A stretch of 63,715 nt of DNA, the filler included, from Polymyxa betae A26-41 (lineage: Eukaryota > Protista > Endomyxa: Phytomyxea): the NCBI GenBank assembly GCA_003693705.1. It is 4 parts of 4 records of this genome, joined end to end, with 100 filler letters (N's around TTAATTAATTAA, not from the genome) between each part and the next. Parts side by side here need not be neighbours in the genome. Positions count along the whole stretch, not along the records: positions 1 to 31,873 come from RBZT01000195.1; positions 31,974 to 55,524 come from RBZT01000319.1; 2 more parts are not named here. The stretch is one strand, 5' to 3'. The notes below the pieces were generated by a model. The model was not told where the DNA came from, searched no databases, and worked only from the letters and a program-made list of their open reading frames with translations. This document shows positions 25,335 to 38,700 of this stretch, piece by piece. Every line of letters starts with the position of its first letter. The first letter of the stretch is position 1. The position numbers and the translations under genes were made by a program.

Positions 25335-26177
25335 TTGTTCATTTTTCCAAGTAAATATACATTTCTTAATACATCTATTCAATTTTTGCTCATGTTTAGT
25401 CTACTGTAGATTTTTGTATCTTCCTTACATGTTGCAATGATGCTTGTTTAGATAACAGTTTGCTTTGCCTTCAAATATGCCAAAATATTTCACCCGTGTT
25501 CGGGTCTCAGCTGTTTGGCCGTGCTGCATCATTGTTCGTTGCTTTCTCATCGACTTACATCGTGCTTTTTTTGGCCATCTAATGTTGGCGTACATGTGCT
25601 TCCAATACCGCTCAAACCACAAGCTTCGCGTTAAGTGACATTCTCTCATATTGAACTGGTATTCAGATTGGGGACCAAAAGAAGTCTATGCAACCCTTAA
25701 AATTGAGGTCAACAACAGTCGTGCTGCTCTATGATAATTTCCACTGGCCAATGTCGTGATGAAAAATTCAAGTACAAAGACGAGTACAAGGCAAGGCTAC
25801 AGACATAGCTGATTGAAAGAAATCACCAAGATCTTACTTCATTAGATGATTTAAGTATTGCTACCCTGAATTTGAGCTCTAACCGAATTGATCTGATGGG
25901 TTTCGTTGCAGGATTGTTTAAGATTCGGTTCGAAAGAGTGACATTTGCAAATGAATCCGATGCAAAACCCTTGACTGATCGTCATCCAGATCGCATCGCT
26001 GCGCCACTGACGCAGGTAGAACCCAATCTATAAATCTGAAGCTCAATTGTTGCATATTGATTCATCGAAGCATCTGTCTGTGTGTGTGTCAGTGGTTAAT
26101 GTAACACAGTGCTATAACGGCGCGACCACCATCACATCTTACAGTATCTGTTCACCTTTGCGCTGTTAAAGCTGCTC

Positions 26178-28885
26178 ATGGCTTCACATGCCGCCGATTA
26201 TGCAGCGATCCATGCCAGGACAATCCGTCTGGCTGCCCGACTATCAGATCTCAGTCGACGGCTGAATGTATCCGATAAGCTCGAATACAATCGAGACACG
26301 GCCGATCTTATCCATCGCTTACGAGAGGACCCAGACCTGCTCGTCCAGATCGTCTCCCACAACCGCTTTCTGCTGGAGCCTGCCGTCCTGTTTATTTTAC
26401 GCTCGAACTCAGCTGCCCAGGACCTCCCTGTTACGGTTCGATTTGTCACCCGTCTGCTTCAGCGCTGCCCTGCTGCAGAGACCGCCCTGTTTCGAGCGCT
26501 CTGGCTCCGCTTTGGCGGCGCCGAATTTGCTGCCGCCGCTTTCGGCAATTTCTTTAATGCCTTATTGGGGCCGCTGGATATCAATCTCGATCTCGATCTT
26601 CAGGCCGTTGTCAGGGCCGTCAACGACAGATCAGTGGTGTCGGTCCTGAGGGCATCGTCTGATGCTCCAAATGCACCACGTTATTTCTCATTCGCTCGCG
26701 AGTCGCCGTCGGAAAACGGCGCCGGGCATGTTCAGGAGCGTACGCGAACGATTCGACGCCGTCTTGAGGCCCGGGCTGAACTCTGCACCCAGATCGTCTT
26801 AGAACTGATTCGTTCTGCCTACCGGAACCTGGATGCGTTCCCGCCAGGATTTATCGTGGTTCTGAAAGCGTTTCGGGACAGGCCTGAAGTCCGTCATGAT
26901 GACCCTTGCGCCCAGCGACAGCTTCGTGTTGTGTTCCTGGACGCCGTCTTAAGTTACGTCCTCGACAAGCCTGACTCCTTCGACTTCATCCCGCAATACT
27001 TTCTCGACAAGCGTTCTAGGTAGTTCAACATGCCCTACTGGTTTCTATATACGTTTGAGTTTTCTGGCTCGGGCTTTCCTGGGTGTCCATTAAACGCCAT
27101 TCGTTTTTGGTGAATTTTTCTTATTATTTTTTTATTTTTAACATATAACGTAAATCGTGTTTCACTTAATACAGCTTTGAATTGCCCCATGTTGGTGGTC
27201 CGATACCCCTTGTGATTAATTCGCGCCTCAGGTTATCTCTGAAGCAGTTGAGCCAGATCGTCAGCTGCCTGGGTTCAGGGTCGCTCACCGTCGGCTGCTC
27301 TGCCCAGATCATCAATGCTTTCGTCGAAGAGCACGGCGTGTTGGTCGATCAGCTAATTGCCGATCTGCTGCGTCCGGTCGAGCTCACAGTAGCGTCGCCG
27401 CTTCAAGGCACCTCCGTTCAGCATGTCGCTTTATCGAAATCGCATTTGAATGCGTTCATGGTCGCTGCTGCACAACAGTCGGAATCGCACGCCATGGATG
27501 GTCTCTGTGCACGGAAATTTTCCAATTCTGACGAATTTTCCTCCTCGTCTAAAGACCTGCACTTAAATTGCTTCGATCAGTTTGATACAACGCTAAAGGC
27601 AATGCAAATAGGCGCTGGATTGTCGGCAATCAATCTCACAATGCCCAATGGTGGCTTTGGCAAACTCCTGTTCGAATGTCTCAGCCGGTTACCAGTTTGC
27701 GGTATTGTTCAATCTGGTGACAGTTTCCTTCAATATCTTCAACATACGGTAGCGTTTGCTAGAGTCAAAGCTGAACGCCACCACACTTCTGATCTGAACA
27801 CGGTCATCTCGCATTTATCAGGATTTATCGGGTTTGCTGTTAGCAAGCAGCCCGAAGCCGACTGGGTTCTGGAGCTCACATCATATATGGATTCGGCTTT
27901 GACACAGCACGAACAGCAGATTAACGACCATCTCAAGGCTTTTGAATCATCCCAGCTTTCACTGGCAATTATCAAAAATGTCATTCAAAACGTGAATATC
28001 GCTCGGGATTCGCTGAAGGCTCAACAAAGCGTTCAGAATTTCATTAGGAACGCTCGATTCAACTTCAAAATCGTCATTAGGAATCCGAGGAACGTTTCGC
28101 GGTCCTTAACAAAAAAATCAGCTGCAAAGAAAGCGCCTTCTGAAGCCATCGAAATTCAATGTCGATATCTGGATCAGATCGTCCATGATTTCCGCGATCT
28201 CCTGTTGCAGGACAGCTGCGATGTCGTTCCTTCAGTTTTGGATTCTATATCAAAACGGATCGCTTTAGCTGTCGAGCAAGATCTTGCTGGAGTCACTGAT
28301 GCTAAAAAATACATCAACACCTTCCTCATGGTCAGACTCTATCCACATCTTTTTGCAAGCTGTTCGTCGTCAGACATAGAGAATCAAACCCTGCACGAGC
28401 AATTGGAAAAATTCAGTGAAATCAACCTAGAAAACCTGGACATCGCTTCGTCGCCGATTCTGCAAACATCTCTGCTGCTTCCAATTTCAGAGATAGGCAA
28501 GATTAACCAGTTTATTTCGCCGCATAAGAAAGTTGAATGCATCGTTCGCGCTACCAGACAAGCAATGGAAGCACTTAGGTTGAATGCCTCCGAATCAGGT
28601 TCAATTCCAGGATCGGACCAACTCTTGCCAGTTGTGGTGTTTGTCATCCTCAAGGCTCGACCGGCTGAATTGCATCGTAATTGCAGCTTTTGTCGCCTGT
28701 ATTGGAACGCCGAAGATCAGTTCGTAGACAATCAAGATATGCAAAGCCTGTATCGATTCTGTTTTATTCAGTTCCAGTCGGCGGTGAAATTCATTTCTCA
28801 AATGACTCCTGGTTCTTTATCTATGCCAGCTGCTACGGCTGAACCGGAACAGAATAGCTCCGACAAGAACGCGTTGGCTGCTTAG
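26178..28885 (+). CDS. VPS9-domain Rab5 GEF with RasGAP-like N-terminal region (GAPVD1/RME-6-like)
   Basis: Two ORFs joined in frame by intron 27020-27231. VPS9 motifs SPHKKVECIV and GSDQLLPVVVFVILKARP; AFPPGFIVVLK resembles a degenerate RasGAP segment. Confidence 0.75.
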
Positions 28886-29324
28886 ATTCTTGCAACTCAT
28901 CATTCATTGTCATAAATATTTATTGATCTCTGCTTGTTTAATTTTCTATCTTGAAACAGATCATAGCATTCAGTGTAGTGATGCATTCCATCAGAGAAGT
29001 CAATCATATAGAATTCGAGTTGCCAGTAACAGATATTTCGGGTCGATTCGCTTGGAATCAGAAAGATACCTAGACAGTCAATGCATAGTCACCATTTACA
29101 CTAAAGTACCCTTCGATTCAACATTGTTGTGATTGAAATGGTTACGCTGTAGTTATTGAGCGTTCAATATATAATCAGTGTTGTCGATATCAAAGTTTAT
29201 TCAAAAACGAAACGACGATCTCATTTCACAAGCTTCAATCATAGGGAGACTGTCATTGTCAATATCACTATAGAAACCGCCTAAAGTCATCTTGTTAAGC
29301 GAAGCTTCGAAACGATAAGGTATA

Positions 29325-30130
29325 CTAGCTGTTGATTATTGTTGTTTTATGTTTCCATTTGAGAGGAGAAAGTTTTCGGAATAAGAAATTATTATCACAT
29401 TTAACAGGACGTGAAGCATCAAGTCTATGTCTGAAATGAATAAGGTGATATTGTTGTTGTTTGGGGTCAGAAACGGATTTGATGATATCCGCTTTACAAA
29501 CACTGCAGCTTAAACTACTGTAAAGAGTTGTTAATCGATACAGAAAAAATTTCCAGGGTTGATATCCTTGAAGCATACTACAAACAAGGTCAGTTTCCCT
29601 TCCACACAGCCCTATTGAGGCTCATACCAGGTTTCCTCTAGAAAATCAGGTTGCTGTATTGCCCAGGCAGCTAATCGATGGCATAAAGCCTCATCGAATC
29701 GATTGTTAAATACGATCTCGAGCAGTTCGTAACTATCAGGCAAAGAAGGAGCGAGATTCTGACAGGTAGCACGAATTCCACTGCAAAGATATCTGTCGCT
29801 GATATAGAGCATATCCTTGAGAACAGCCTCGCTGAAGGGGCGTCCTCCTATGGGATAGATCCAATCAAGAAATAGGAGGATGCGATCTGCCTTCTCCTGT
29901 TCAATCGTGACTTTGGTAGATTCGAAACCGTCTTTGTGATTTTCAACCCACGTTGATCCAGGTTGAAACATTGTTTTGAAGAATTGAGAATTTAGGGAGA
30001 GCATGAACTTATGGACTTTGAATGATGTCGGTGGATCGCCCTTCACCTCTAGAATAACATCGCCATCATCATACCAGTGCGGTTTGGCAGCATTAGACTT
30101 GGCTTTGGATCCTGCAGACTCAACTGCCAT
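29325..30130 (-). CDS. BTB/POZ protein with small C-terminal Cys/His domain, tandem copy 1
   Basis: DGDVILEV...FKVHKFMLSLNSQFFKTMF BTB motif; an ~50-nt GT..ACTGAC..TAG intron joins the two ORFs in frame. Confidence 0.85.
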
Positions 30131-30466
30131 TTCAGAAAAGTAACTGGGATTATGGATCGCCGGTCGTGTTCGACTTGCGATATTTACGATGGTTCGACGA
30201 AATAAGAATCTGAGTGTGGTTGCACTAAAGCAGCCTGGTTCAAAGGATCGTTTTTAAAACTTCATCATTTTTATTAGAGCTGAAAAGTTACACTGAGTAA
30301 GTCTCTTGAAGCAGACCGCTGACTATAAAGCCATACACAACCTCTTGGTTGGGTGCATAACAGGGCCGTCCGACTTAATCGAGACAGGATGTCGGAAGTT
30401 TATTGAAAAACATTTCCTTCACTAAATCATGCCAAGACTGTAGGTTAGATGATGACAGATCTGCGA

Positions 30467-31250
30467 TCATTTCCATTTAAAAGGAATAAGTTTTCCAATT
30501 AAGACCTTAACATTGTCACATTTAAAAGGACGTGAAGTATCAGCGATATGTCTAAAACCCATGAGGTGAAATTGTTTTTGTTTGGGGTCAGAAACGGCAT
30601 TGATGATAACCGCTTTGCAATTGTTGCAGCGTAAACTACTGTAGAGAGTTGTTAATCGATATAGAAACAATTTCCAGGGTTGATATCCATCAAGCATACT
30701 ACAAAGAAGGTCAGTTTCCATTCCACACAGACCTATTGAAGTTATACCATTTTTCTTCAAATAGATTAGGTTGCTGTATTGCCCAGGCAGCTAATCGATG
30801 GCATAAAACCTCATCCAATCGGTTGTTAAATACCATCTCGAGCAGTTCGAAGCTATCAGGCAAAGAAGGAGCGAGATTCTGACAGGTAGCACGAATTCCA
30901 CTGCAAAGATATCTGTCGCTGATATAGAGCATATCCTTGAGAACAGCCTCGCTGAAGGGGCGTCCTCCTATGGGATAGATCCAATCAAGAAATAGGAGGA
31001 TGCGATCTGCCTTCTCCTGTTCAATCGTGACTTTGGCAGTCTCGAAACCGTCTTTGTGATTTTCAACCCACGTTGATCCAGGTTGAAACATTGTTTTGAA
31101 GAATTGAGAATTTAGGGAGAGCATGAACTTATGGACTTTGAATGATGTCGGTGGATCGCCCTTCACCTCTAGAATAACATCGCCATCATCATACCAGTGC
31201 GGTTTGGCAGCATTAGATTTGGCTTTGGATCCTGCAGATCCAACTGCCAT
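30467..31250 (-). CDS. BTB/POZ protein with small C-terminal Cys/His domain, tandem copy 2
   Basis: Exon 1 nearly identical to copy 1, same intron position, diverged exon 2. Confidence 0.85.
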
Positions 31251-31917
31251 GTCAGAAAAGTAACCGTGATTATCGACAGCCGGTCGTGATCGAATTGCGA
31301 TATTTACGATGGTTTGACGAAATCTGGCAGAATCTGAGAATGATTACACTAAAGCAGCCTGGTTCGGAGAATCGTTCTACAAATCTTCATCATTTCATAA
31401 GGGCTGAAATTGAACAATGAACAAGCTGTGGGCAAAGCGATTCCCTCATCATTCTGGTGCTCTGGTTTACCATACGTTCTTCTTACAACCATTCGATAGA
31501 GAATGACTTCACCTTGAGATCGACGAAAGGCTCTGAGACTGCGGAGAAGCTGGATTCTTCAAACTGGACTTCCCCAAAATCTGACATGATCTGCTGTGTG
31601 CAGAATTACCAACGAAATCTTTAGGATATCATATCACTTCAAGATGCGCAATTCTAAAAGAAGGGTTCGGTGGCGATTTTCTGGTCCAAAACCAGACAAG
31701 GCTGAGAAATAGTGATTGAAAAAGCAGCCAGACGTTCTACGAGGAAAATTAATTGAAGATACGAACATACACAGCCACTGGCGGAGGGACTTCTACATCG
31801 AACGCGTTATTCCCTACCCCCTCTGTTGATGTAAATACCGTAGGCTCTCTTATAATTAATTCTCTTATAATTANNNNNNNNNNNNNNNNNNNNNNNNNNN
31901 NNNNNNNNNNNNNNNNN

Positions 31918-31929
31918 TTAATTAATTAA
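31918..31929. other. Artificial contig linker TTAATTAATTAA inside an N run (also 55569-55580 and 60164-60175)
   Basis: The same 12-mer, with stops in all six frames, is embedded in N runs three times. Confidence 0.95.
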
Positions 31930-32182
31930 NNNNNNNNNNNNNNNNNNNNNNNNNNNNNNNNNNNNNNNNNNNNTTTCTACTTTTCAAAAGTTTCTTCTTT
32001 TTCAAAAAATTTGTCTTTTTTTTATCTGTTTTTCATTTTTTGATTGTTTTGAATTTTTGGAATTCTGAAAATCTCTCCTTTTTTTTAAATTTCATCTTTT
32101 TTCTTGTGTTACGTTGCTGTTTCAGCGTAGTTTCGTGGAGATTTTCCTCTTGATTCTCTGTGTCCGAATGATGTCTGTTCAG

Positions 32183-32719
32183 GTGTTCGTCGTACACGGC
32201 GGTCTGACCACCCGATCTAATATCAGCATCTCCGAACTGAATAGTCGCATCAATCGTCGGCAGCAGCCGTCCGCTTCCGGACCCGATACGATCATGTTCG
32301 ACCTGCTCTGGTCCGATCCGCAAGACGAACAGGGCGTCGGCCCATCGAAACGTGGCTCCCGAATCAAGAACTTCGGCCCGGATATCACCGAATCGTTCCT
32401 CACGAGAAACAACGTCAAACTGATCGTCCGATCGCATCAGTCCGTCGATCAGGGATACGAAGTCAAACACGACGGTCGCGTTGTAACCGTGTTCTCGGCT
32501 CCGAACTGTAACGCCAACAGTCGTACTGGATCGTGTTGTCTGAAGTGTGGTCTGTAGACTGCGGGAAACAAAACCTGGCCGCGTACCTTTTGTTCGATCA
32601 TGATCTGCGTGCGATCCCCTGCCAGTTTAAGGCCGTGGTAGGGCTGGCGGATTGTTAGGGTTTCTCGGCCCTGATTTTTGCTGCAGGATTTTCCATCGGA
32701 GATGTGCTCGTTTCTGTAA
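32183..32719 (+). CDS. 3' exons of a PPP-family Ser/Thr phosphatase (PP5/PPEF-like); 5' part lost in the gap
   Basis: VHGGL, DLLWSDP, PSKRG...FGPDIT, IVRSHQ...GYE and TVFSAPN motifs. Confidence 0.85.
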
Positions 32720-34282
32720 ATGTGATCCGGAGTTCATCTGAGTTAAATTTATTGCAATAAAGAATTGCTCGTGATTGGCTCGGCGAGATTTTTCAGTGAA
32801 TATTGAGTGCTACGAAATGCAGTCTGAAGTTTGTCCCATTCTCGATCGATGGCAATGTGCTGGCCCTGTATTAGGGTTAGGGTTTGCTGGTGTTATTTCA
32901 TCCAATTCGAAAGTCGTTATGGATTTGATTGGCGGCAGCGATCGCCACGCACTCTTGATGGCAGAGCTCGACGACCTCTGCCACATAAATGGTGCAGCTC
33001 TTGGCCGCCACGACCAAGGCGATCGGTATCGAGACTACAGCGGACACCTCAGATGATCAAGCGCGTTGGATCAGAGCGCATATCTCCTACGTACTGGGCT
33101 GATCAAGGTCGTACACGACTCTCTAGATCCATTTCGAGCTCGAGCGGATCCTCATTCCTCGGTGGTCCGGAAACTGTTCCGGAATCCGGATTTGGGTAAA
33201 ACGGACCTTTTATGACGATGAGCGTGCTGTGACATCCAAACACAGTCTTTTCTGAGCCAAGCCGAAAGCCGCAGATTTCCGCAGGTCGGGGGCCAGCACG
33301 GCACCCCGTGACCGTTGAACAAGCACGCGCCCACTTTCAGATTCGTCCGCTGCTTGAGCCAGCACTGTGGCGGATACAACCGCACCAGTACGACCTGCAG
33401 CGGTATGTGGTCGTACTGGGACTCCGGGGAGAGCTCCGTGATGCCCGCGCTGCTGACACCAACGGCGACCAGGCCGCAGCCGTTCCAACAGGACAGCGAG
33501 AGATTCAGATTTCAAAGCGCTAACCCGACACATTGCGCAGGAATGAAATTCTCCGATCTCAGTCTGGTCTCGAATGTAACGTATACTTGGCGCAGGGGAC
33601 AGACCGAGGGCCAGTACAGAAGTTACGACCGATTCGGAGTAGTTCCCCCGACTACCGCATTGAAATACCGTTTCTTGTAAGAGAATTTGTTAGGGATGGC
33701 TGTTAAGAAGGCAAAGCTGGTGATGGATGGCTCATCTCTTCGAACGGACGTTCACCATGAGATAGGCAGAGAGCCCATCCGCACATAGCGGAATACGATG
33801 TCAGGCTTTCTTACATTAGCAGTAGAGCAGCATATATTCATCAGAACATTTAATATCTCAAACTGAAAAGGCTCCGAATTAGTTTTATCTCAATGAGGGC
33901 ATTCGTCAAAATCCCTCTAATAGGAGGAGTTAGAAAACTGAATTGCTGTTAGAAATCCCGTTTGGTTTGACAAATATTCCAACATGACGACTTTGGGAAA
34001 CTCTCAGCGATCGGATTCGAGCCTCTAGCAATGGAGGCCCGATATAGCCTTCTTCTAGATTAAATGAAATGAAGGCGTATTGGATTATATTGGGCAAACA
34101 CGCTTCACGAAAAAATTTGAGGCAATACTGCATGCATATGTTTGGCAAGTTCCAAATGAATTCAATTCTGAACTGCAATTTTTGGCGTGAAACCTGAGAT
34201 TCATAAGTCTGTGCCTTGTTGAAGAACTTCGAGGAAGCCGTAATTGAATGCTAAAATCGCCTTCGTAGAGTTTTCGAGATAG

Positions 34283-34355
34283 GCTCTGCTAGCTCAGTCG
34301 GTAGAGCATTGGTCTAATAAGCCAAAGGTCGTCGGTTCGAGCCCGGCGCGGAGCA
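34283..34355 (+). tRNA. trnI-AAT: tRNA-Ile (anticodon AAT)
   Basis: 73-nt cloverleaf: GCTCTGC/GCGGAGC acceptor stem, GCTC/GAGC D stem, TTGGT-CTAATAA-GCCAA anticodon arm, GTCGG-TTCGAGC-CCGGC T arm. Followed by a T-rich Pol III terminator. Confidence 0.97.
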
Positions 34356-34449
34356 TTTCTTTTTTGTTGTGGCCGATTCAGTTCTGAGCACCAAAAGGCA
34401 ACTGTGCGTGATTAGAAGAACTGATCAAGAGACCGTTTTTATTCTCGAA

Positions 34450-34740
34450 TCAGTAACTGGAACGAAAATTTCGGATTGTATCGACCTTGTCTTCAAACAG
34501 CAGCCATTCATTTGTCAAATTCGCCGCTGCGTCAGCGAATAGGAACTCTGAGATCTTGCCCTTTGCTTTGGTCAGCTTATCTTCTACAATCGAAAGTTCC
34601 GTATCGATTTGGAAGCCAATATAGGTTTGGGAGGTTGATGGGCTTTGCCGTTTCTTGTAGTCAAGACTTGACTCCGAGTCTCTGTGCTTCTTGTTGAAAG
34701 AAAAGTTGGCTCCGACTTTCTTCGACTGCGTAATAACCAA
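34450..34740 (-). mobile_element. Possible relic of a DIRS/Ngaro-type reverse transcriptase
   Basis: KRQSPSTSQTYIGFQIDT...IVEDKLTKAK resembles the post-YxDD LGFxIDT segment of YR-retrotransposon RTs; short and degraded. Confidence 0.35.
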
Positions 34741-34894
34741 GCCGAGAATGCTCTCGGTGTACTTTGAGCTGTGATATCAAGTATTCATAGTTCAGCCAAA
34801 GTTGTACTATGAGTGCCTGCCGTACAAGCTCTGCACGAATAGTCCGTTGGAAAAATCGCAAAATGGCATCGGGGTCATCGAGGGAGCTCATACG

Positions 34895-35243
34895 CATGCC
34901 AAACTAATGTCAAAGTTTCTAGCAAAAGCATATTCTCGCCGCTGTTACATTTTGCGACACATGGTGAAAGCTGAGAATCCAGTAAGGGAGTAGTAGAAAG
35001 GATAATTAGGCACATGGGCTCGAGTCCCTGTAGGATTGGGGGCTGGCGCCTACCTTAACTTATCGAGGCTCTAGGGCCGCTTATGATCAACAATTATCAA
35101 AATGGGTGAAATACTGTACAGCCCAGAAATCGTTAGTAGGGGCTCTGAAATCTATTTGGGTAATTTGCCAAAACTTTCCAATCATGCGTCTTAAGACTAG
35201 AGCCGCCTGTTGACAAGAAAACTAGTCGAATCCAATCCAATCC
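34895..35243 (+). mobile_element. LINE 3' UTR-only fragment (same family as 3712-4843)
   Basis: Colinear with the reverse complement of 1-320 and 3712-4025; ends ACTAGTCGAATCCAATCCAATCC. Confidence 0.8.
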
Positions 35244-35760
35244 ACTTTTTCACGTAGATGCCAATCCGGTCTCACTCTCAAGATTACACTAGTTAAATTT
35301 ACTATGTCCTGCTTTGGACGCTCTATCACTAAAGAGATTGTTGAGGATGCGCCCGCATCCGCTTCGGCAATGAATCATGAAAACAATCACGATATCACTT
35401 TAAGTGAAATCTTTTCATTCTAAAATGACCACATTGATTACGACTGCCTTCTAACGTAGAAGCTTCATCATCAGTAAAAGACGTGTTACAAAACAAACGG
35501 GATCTGCATGAATGAAGTCGGATAACGCTTCAATCCAGTATGGAGCCCGTAGGCTATACTGATAGCAGTAGCTTTGGTTGTGTAAGATTTGAGTGTTTCC
35601 GAATTGTCTAGGGTTTGTTTAGGCACCAAAGAGCTAGAATGAGTTTACGATAGGCTGATTTGAGTACTCAACATCAACTGTCAGTAATCCCTTGAAAAAA
35701 TTGGTTTAGGGCAATATATGCTTCAGGTATTTATTTGCATGTTCAAAGCTTTTCGACAGT

Positions 35761-38700
35761 TTACAGATTCAGTAACTGAGTTTGCATCTGAGCAGGACAT
35801 TGTCCAGTATGTCCAGGACAGTAGTTCTGTTGGAATTGATAATGATCTATATAATGCCCAAATGTATGAGTGAAATAATCCGCATCATTATTACAATGAT
35901 GTTCAAGACAGTATAATATTGGATTTAGAGAATCTTGGAGATATTCACTCAGATCAGATGAATATATCAGATTCTGCTTCTTCAGGTAATTATCCATTAG
36001 CTGAAGACACTCCAATATGATCTTCTGTGATATATTCAGAAAATACAACTTCACTTGAACACAGTAATACCGTCTCAATTCCTTTCAGAGAATATCTCAA
36101 TAGACAATGAGAAAGGCCTCTTCTATCACAAACTAGTTGTGATTTGATGGAGTATCTGTAATGGTCACTGACAATGAGAGTCCCAAATCCGCACTTGCCA
36201 TTGTGCCTCGAACAAAGCTTCCGAAAACGACTATGCAAAAACGGATTTCCCCATCGAGATTGAAAAGTCCGAAGATCATTCTGACAGCATATTCTAACAC
36301 ACAAAAGTACTGGGCAAAACGTCCGCGTTTGCCAACTTTGACAGCCTTCACGAATCAGGTTCAATTGCGGATCGATCATCTTGGCCCGAACTAATTTTAG
36401 GCATAAACTGGCCACCAATATCAACTTCTCTAACGTGGTCTTCGAAGATGAGATTTCCGAGATTTCGGTCAATATGAGCTGATCATCGAGAACGTTGATA
36501 ATCACGGGGTCTTGTGGAACATATCTCGTGCTAATTGATGGTTTGAAAATGGTATTGTCTGTAACAAACGCGTACTCGTCACCATCAGGCTGCTTTTTCT
36601 GAAAAATAGTTTCAGCGTCAGATTCCGTATTCAATATGAATAAAACTCACGAGAAAAGCGCACAAAGTAGTGTAGTCTGTGATGTTCTCGACATCAAAAT
36701 CAAACAATTTCGCAAATTCAGGTAAAGCCTTGAACACGCTCGAATTGAGATTATTTGGTGTTGATCGAATTTTTTTCTGGTTTACGGACGGATGTTCGTC
36801 TCTCTATAGAGCAGGATGGTCAATACTTATGAGAGATGAAAGAACGATCTCGGACCTGATTCATAGACTGATCGGCAATTAGCAGTTTCGATGGGCATTC
36901 ATATTCGGGACATCGCTAATGGAATGCCCAATGATTGAAGCGATTCCCCCAGGCTGTCTGAAACATTCGGAGATCTTTCTGACAGCATTCCATGACACAT
37001 CGCAATACAGGACGACACACCTCATAGATCCATTTCCGTATCGAGCAGCTTGCCTTTTTCAAAGGCCATTCGTATTTCCGGGAAGCCCAGATCAGTTTCC
37101 GATACAGATTCGCTATCAGAATCAGCTTTTGTAATGCGCTCTGAGCATAACGGATTTGTTGGGTTTCGCCCACATACAGATCATGTCCATTGATATTGAT
37201 AAACACTTGGCCGGTCAGAATGGAGCATAGACCTGCATCACCATCGGAATTTGAAAACAGGAAATGAAGTTCCGCAGGAGAACGGGACACGTCCGTCCTG
37301 ATTGCGGCAGTCGATAACGATACTGGGTAACGTTAACAACTGCGACACCAGCAGGAAATCGTTCTTTTGAAACGCAACATGCAGAAAGTCGCATCCAGCG
37401 GTGCATCGTGCGAAAAGGCTCCGCGGCACTTCACTCGCCACCATGTAACGTAACAATTCCGGATTCCGTTCCTGTAACAGGTGACAGGTGACCGTAACGA
37501 AGCGCTCCCGATCCGTGTAAGCCATTTGAGAGAGAATGAAGCCGAAGCCAATCATACGGAGATTCCGATATGTAACGTAATAAAACGCTGTATGTCCGGA
37601 ATTGTCCTGTACTGCAACGTCAAGGTTGCGGACTTGCATGACCGAGGCCAGAATTCCGGGGACCGCTGCCTTCGCAGCCCAGTGCAGGATCGTGTGTTTG
37701 TCGTGCCCGTAACGATGATTGATGATGTCCGTCAGGACTCCGGATTCCAGCAACAACTTCACATTTTGGTTGTCGGACTTGAGCGCAGATTGCTCCATAT
37801 ATGCGAACAGAGAATCGGGATTGGCGCGAATCAAGTCCGCGAATTTGTCAGCGGGCACGCGTTGTAACAGCAAATTCAGTCTGACGCCGTGTTCAAAGAA
37901 ACATGCAACCGCGGGCCTTCCGAAGTGCCGATCCCGACAGTCAAGATCAAGACCGGGGACTCGTAACAAAACATTTAGAAATCGCCCATTTTCAAAGGCC
38001 GTATGTAGGAGCGGAGTGTCTCCGCCAAAACCGTTAATGAGGTCCGAGGCATAGGGCTGCGCACAAATGAACTCTAGGAACTCGACGACCGAGTCACTAA
38101 GCCAGGGTGCGCAGCGCATCACTTTATGTAACAGATCCGCAAACAGGTTCTTCTGGGAGAGAATAGCGTCACGGACTTGCGGGATCTGGACGAATGCGAT
38201 CGCAAGGTCGCAGCGGTGGTCGTTGACCAGGAGATTTCGACAGAGTTCGGAAATTGCATGCAGAAATCCGCTACGACCATCCAGGGAGGGTTTTCGTAGT
38301 AGCGGGTAGAGCTGCGGCAATAATTCAGGAGAGGGCTGCACACGGCGAATGAATTCCGTAAAATCGAATCGAATTCCGTGACTGAGTAGATCGAGAAGAA
38401 CATTGTAGCTCTTGAGCAAGTCAGGACTGCTCATACGGAGCAATTGTAACAGGCGGTTGGTGGAGGAAACGTTGTGTGGGAAAGCTGACGCAACCAGCTC
38501 ACGGATTTCACGGACTACATGGTCCGGGATACCATGGTCCGCAAGATTCGGTGTCTGCTCCAATATGTGGTGAACCTTGTCAACAGCCTCCATCATATTC
38601 TCGTGGCAGCTGACGGAGGGAGGTTGCGACCACTGAGGGCAGGCTCCGGCTACAAACTGCCGCGGACATTTCCGGAGATCCGCTCCGATGATCACGTCGC

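Noticed and set aside
29576-30760. Apparent conserved frameshift in both BTB copies (programmed frameshifting?)
   Set aside because: Explained by a canonical ~50-nt GT-AG intron with an ACTGAC branch site in both copies.
31874-31973. TTAATTAATTAA palindrome recurring three times
   Set aside because: Always inside N runs; it is a six-frame-stop scaffolding linker, not biology.
32775-33680. Gene between the phosphatase and the tRNA
   Set aside because: Coding-like composition, but stops in every frame and no recognisable motif; cannot be called.
35990-36078. Shared frame switch here and at about 54142-54210
   Set aside because: A 46-nt GTATTAC...ATCACAG intron restores the frame in both paralogues.
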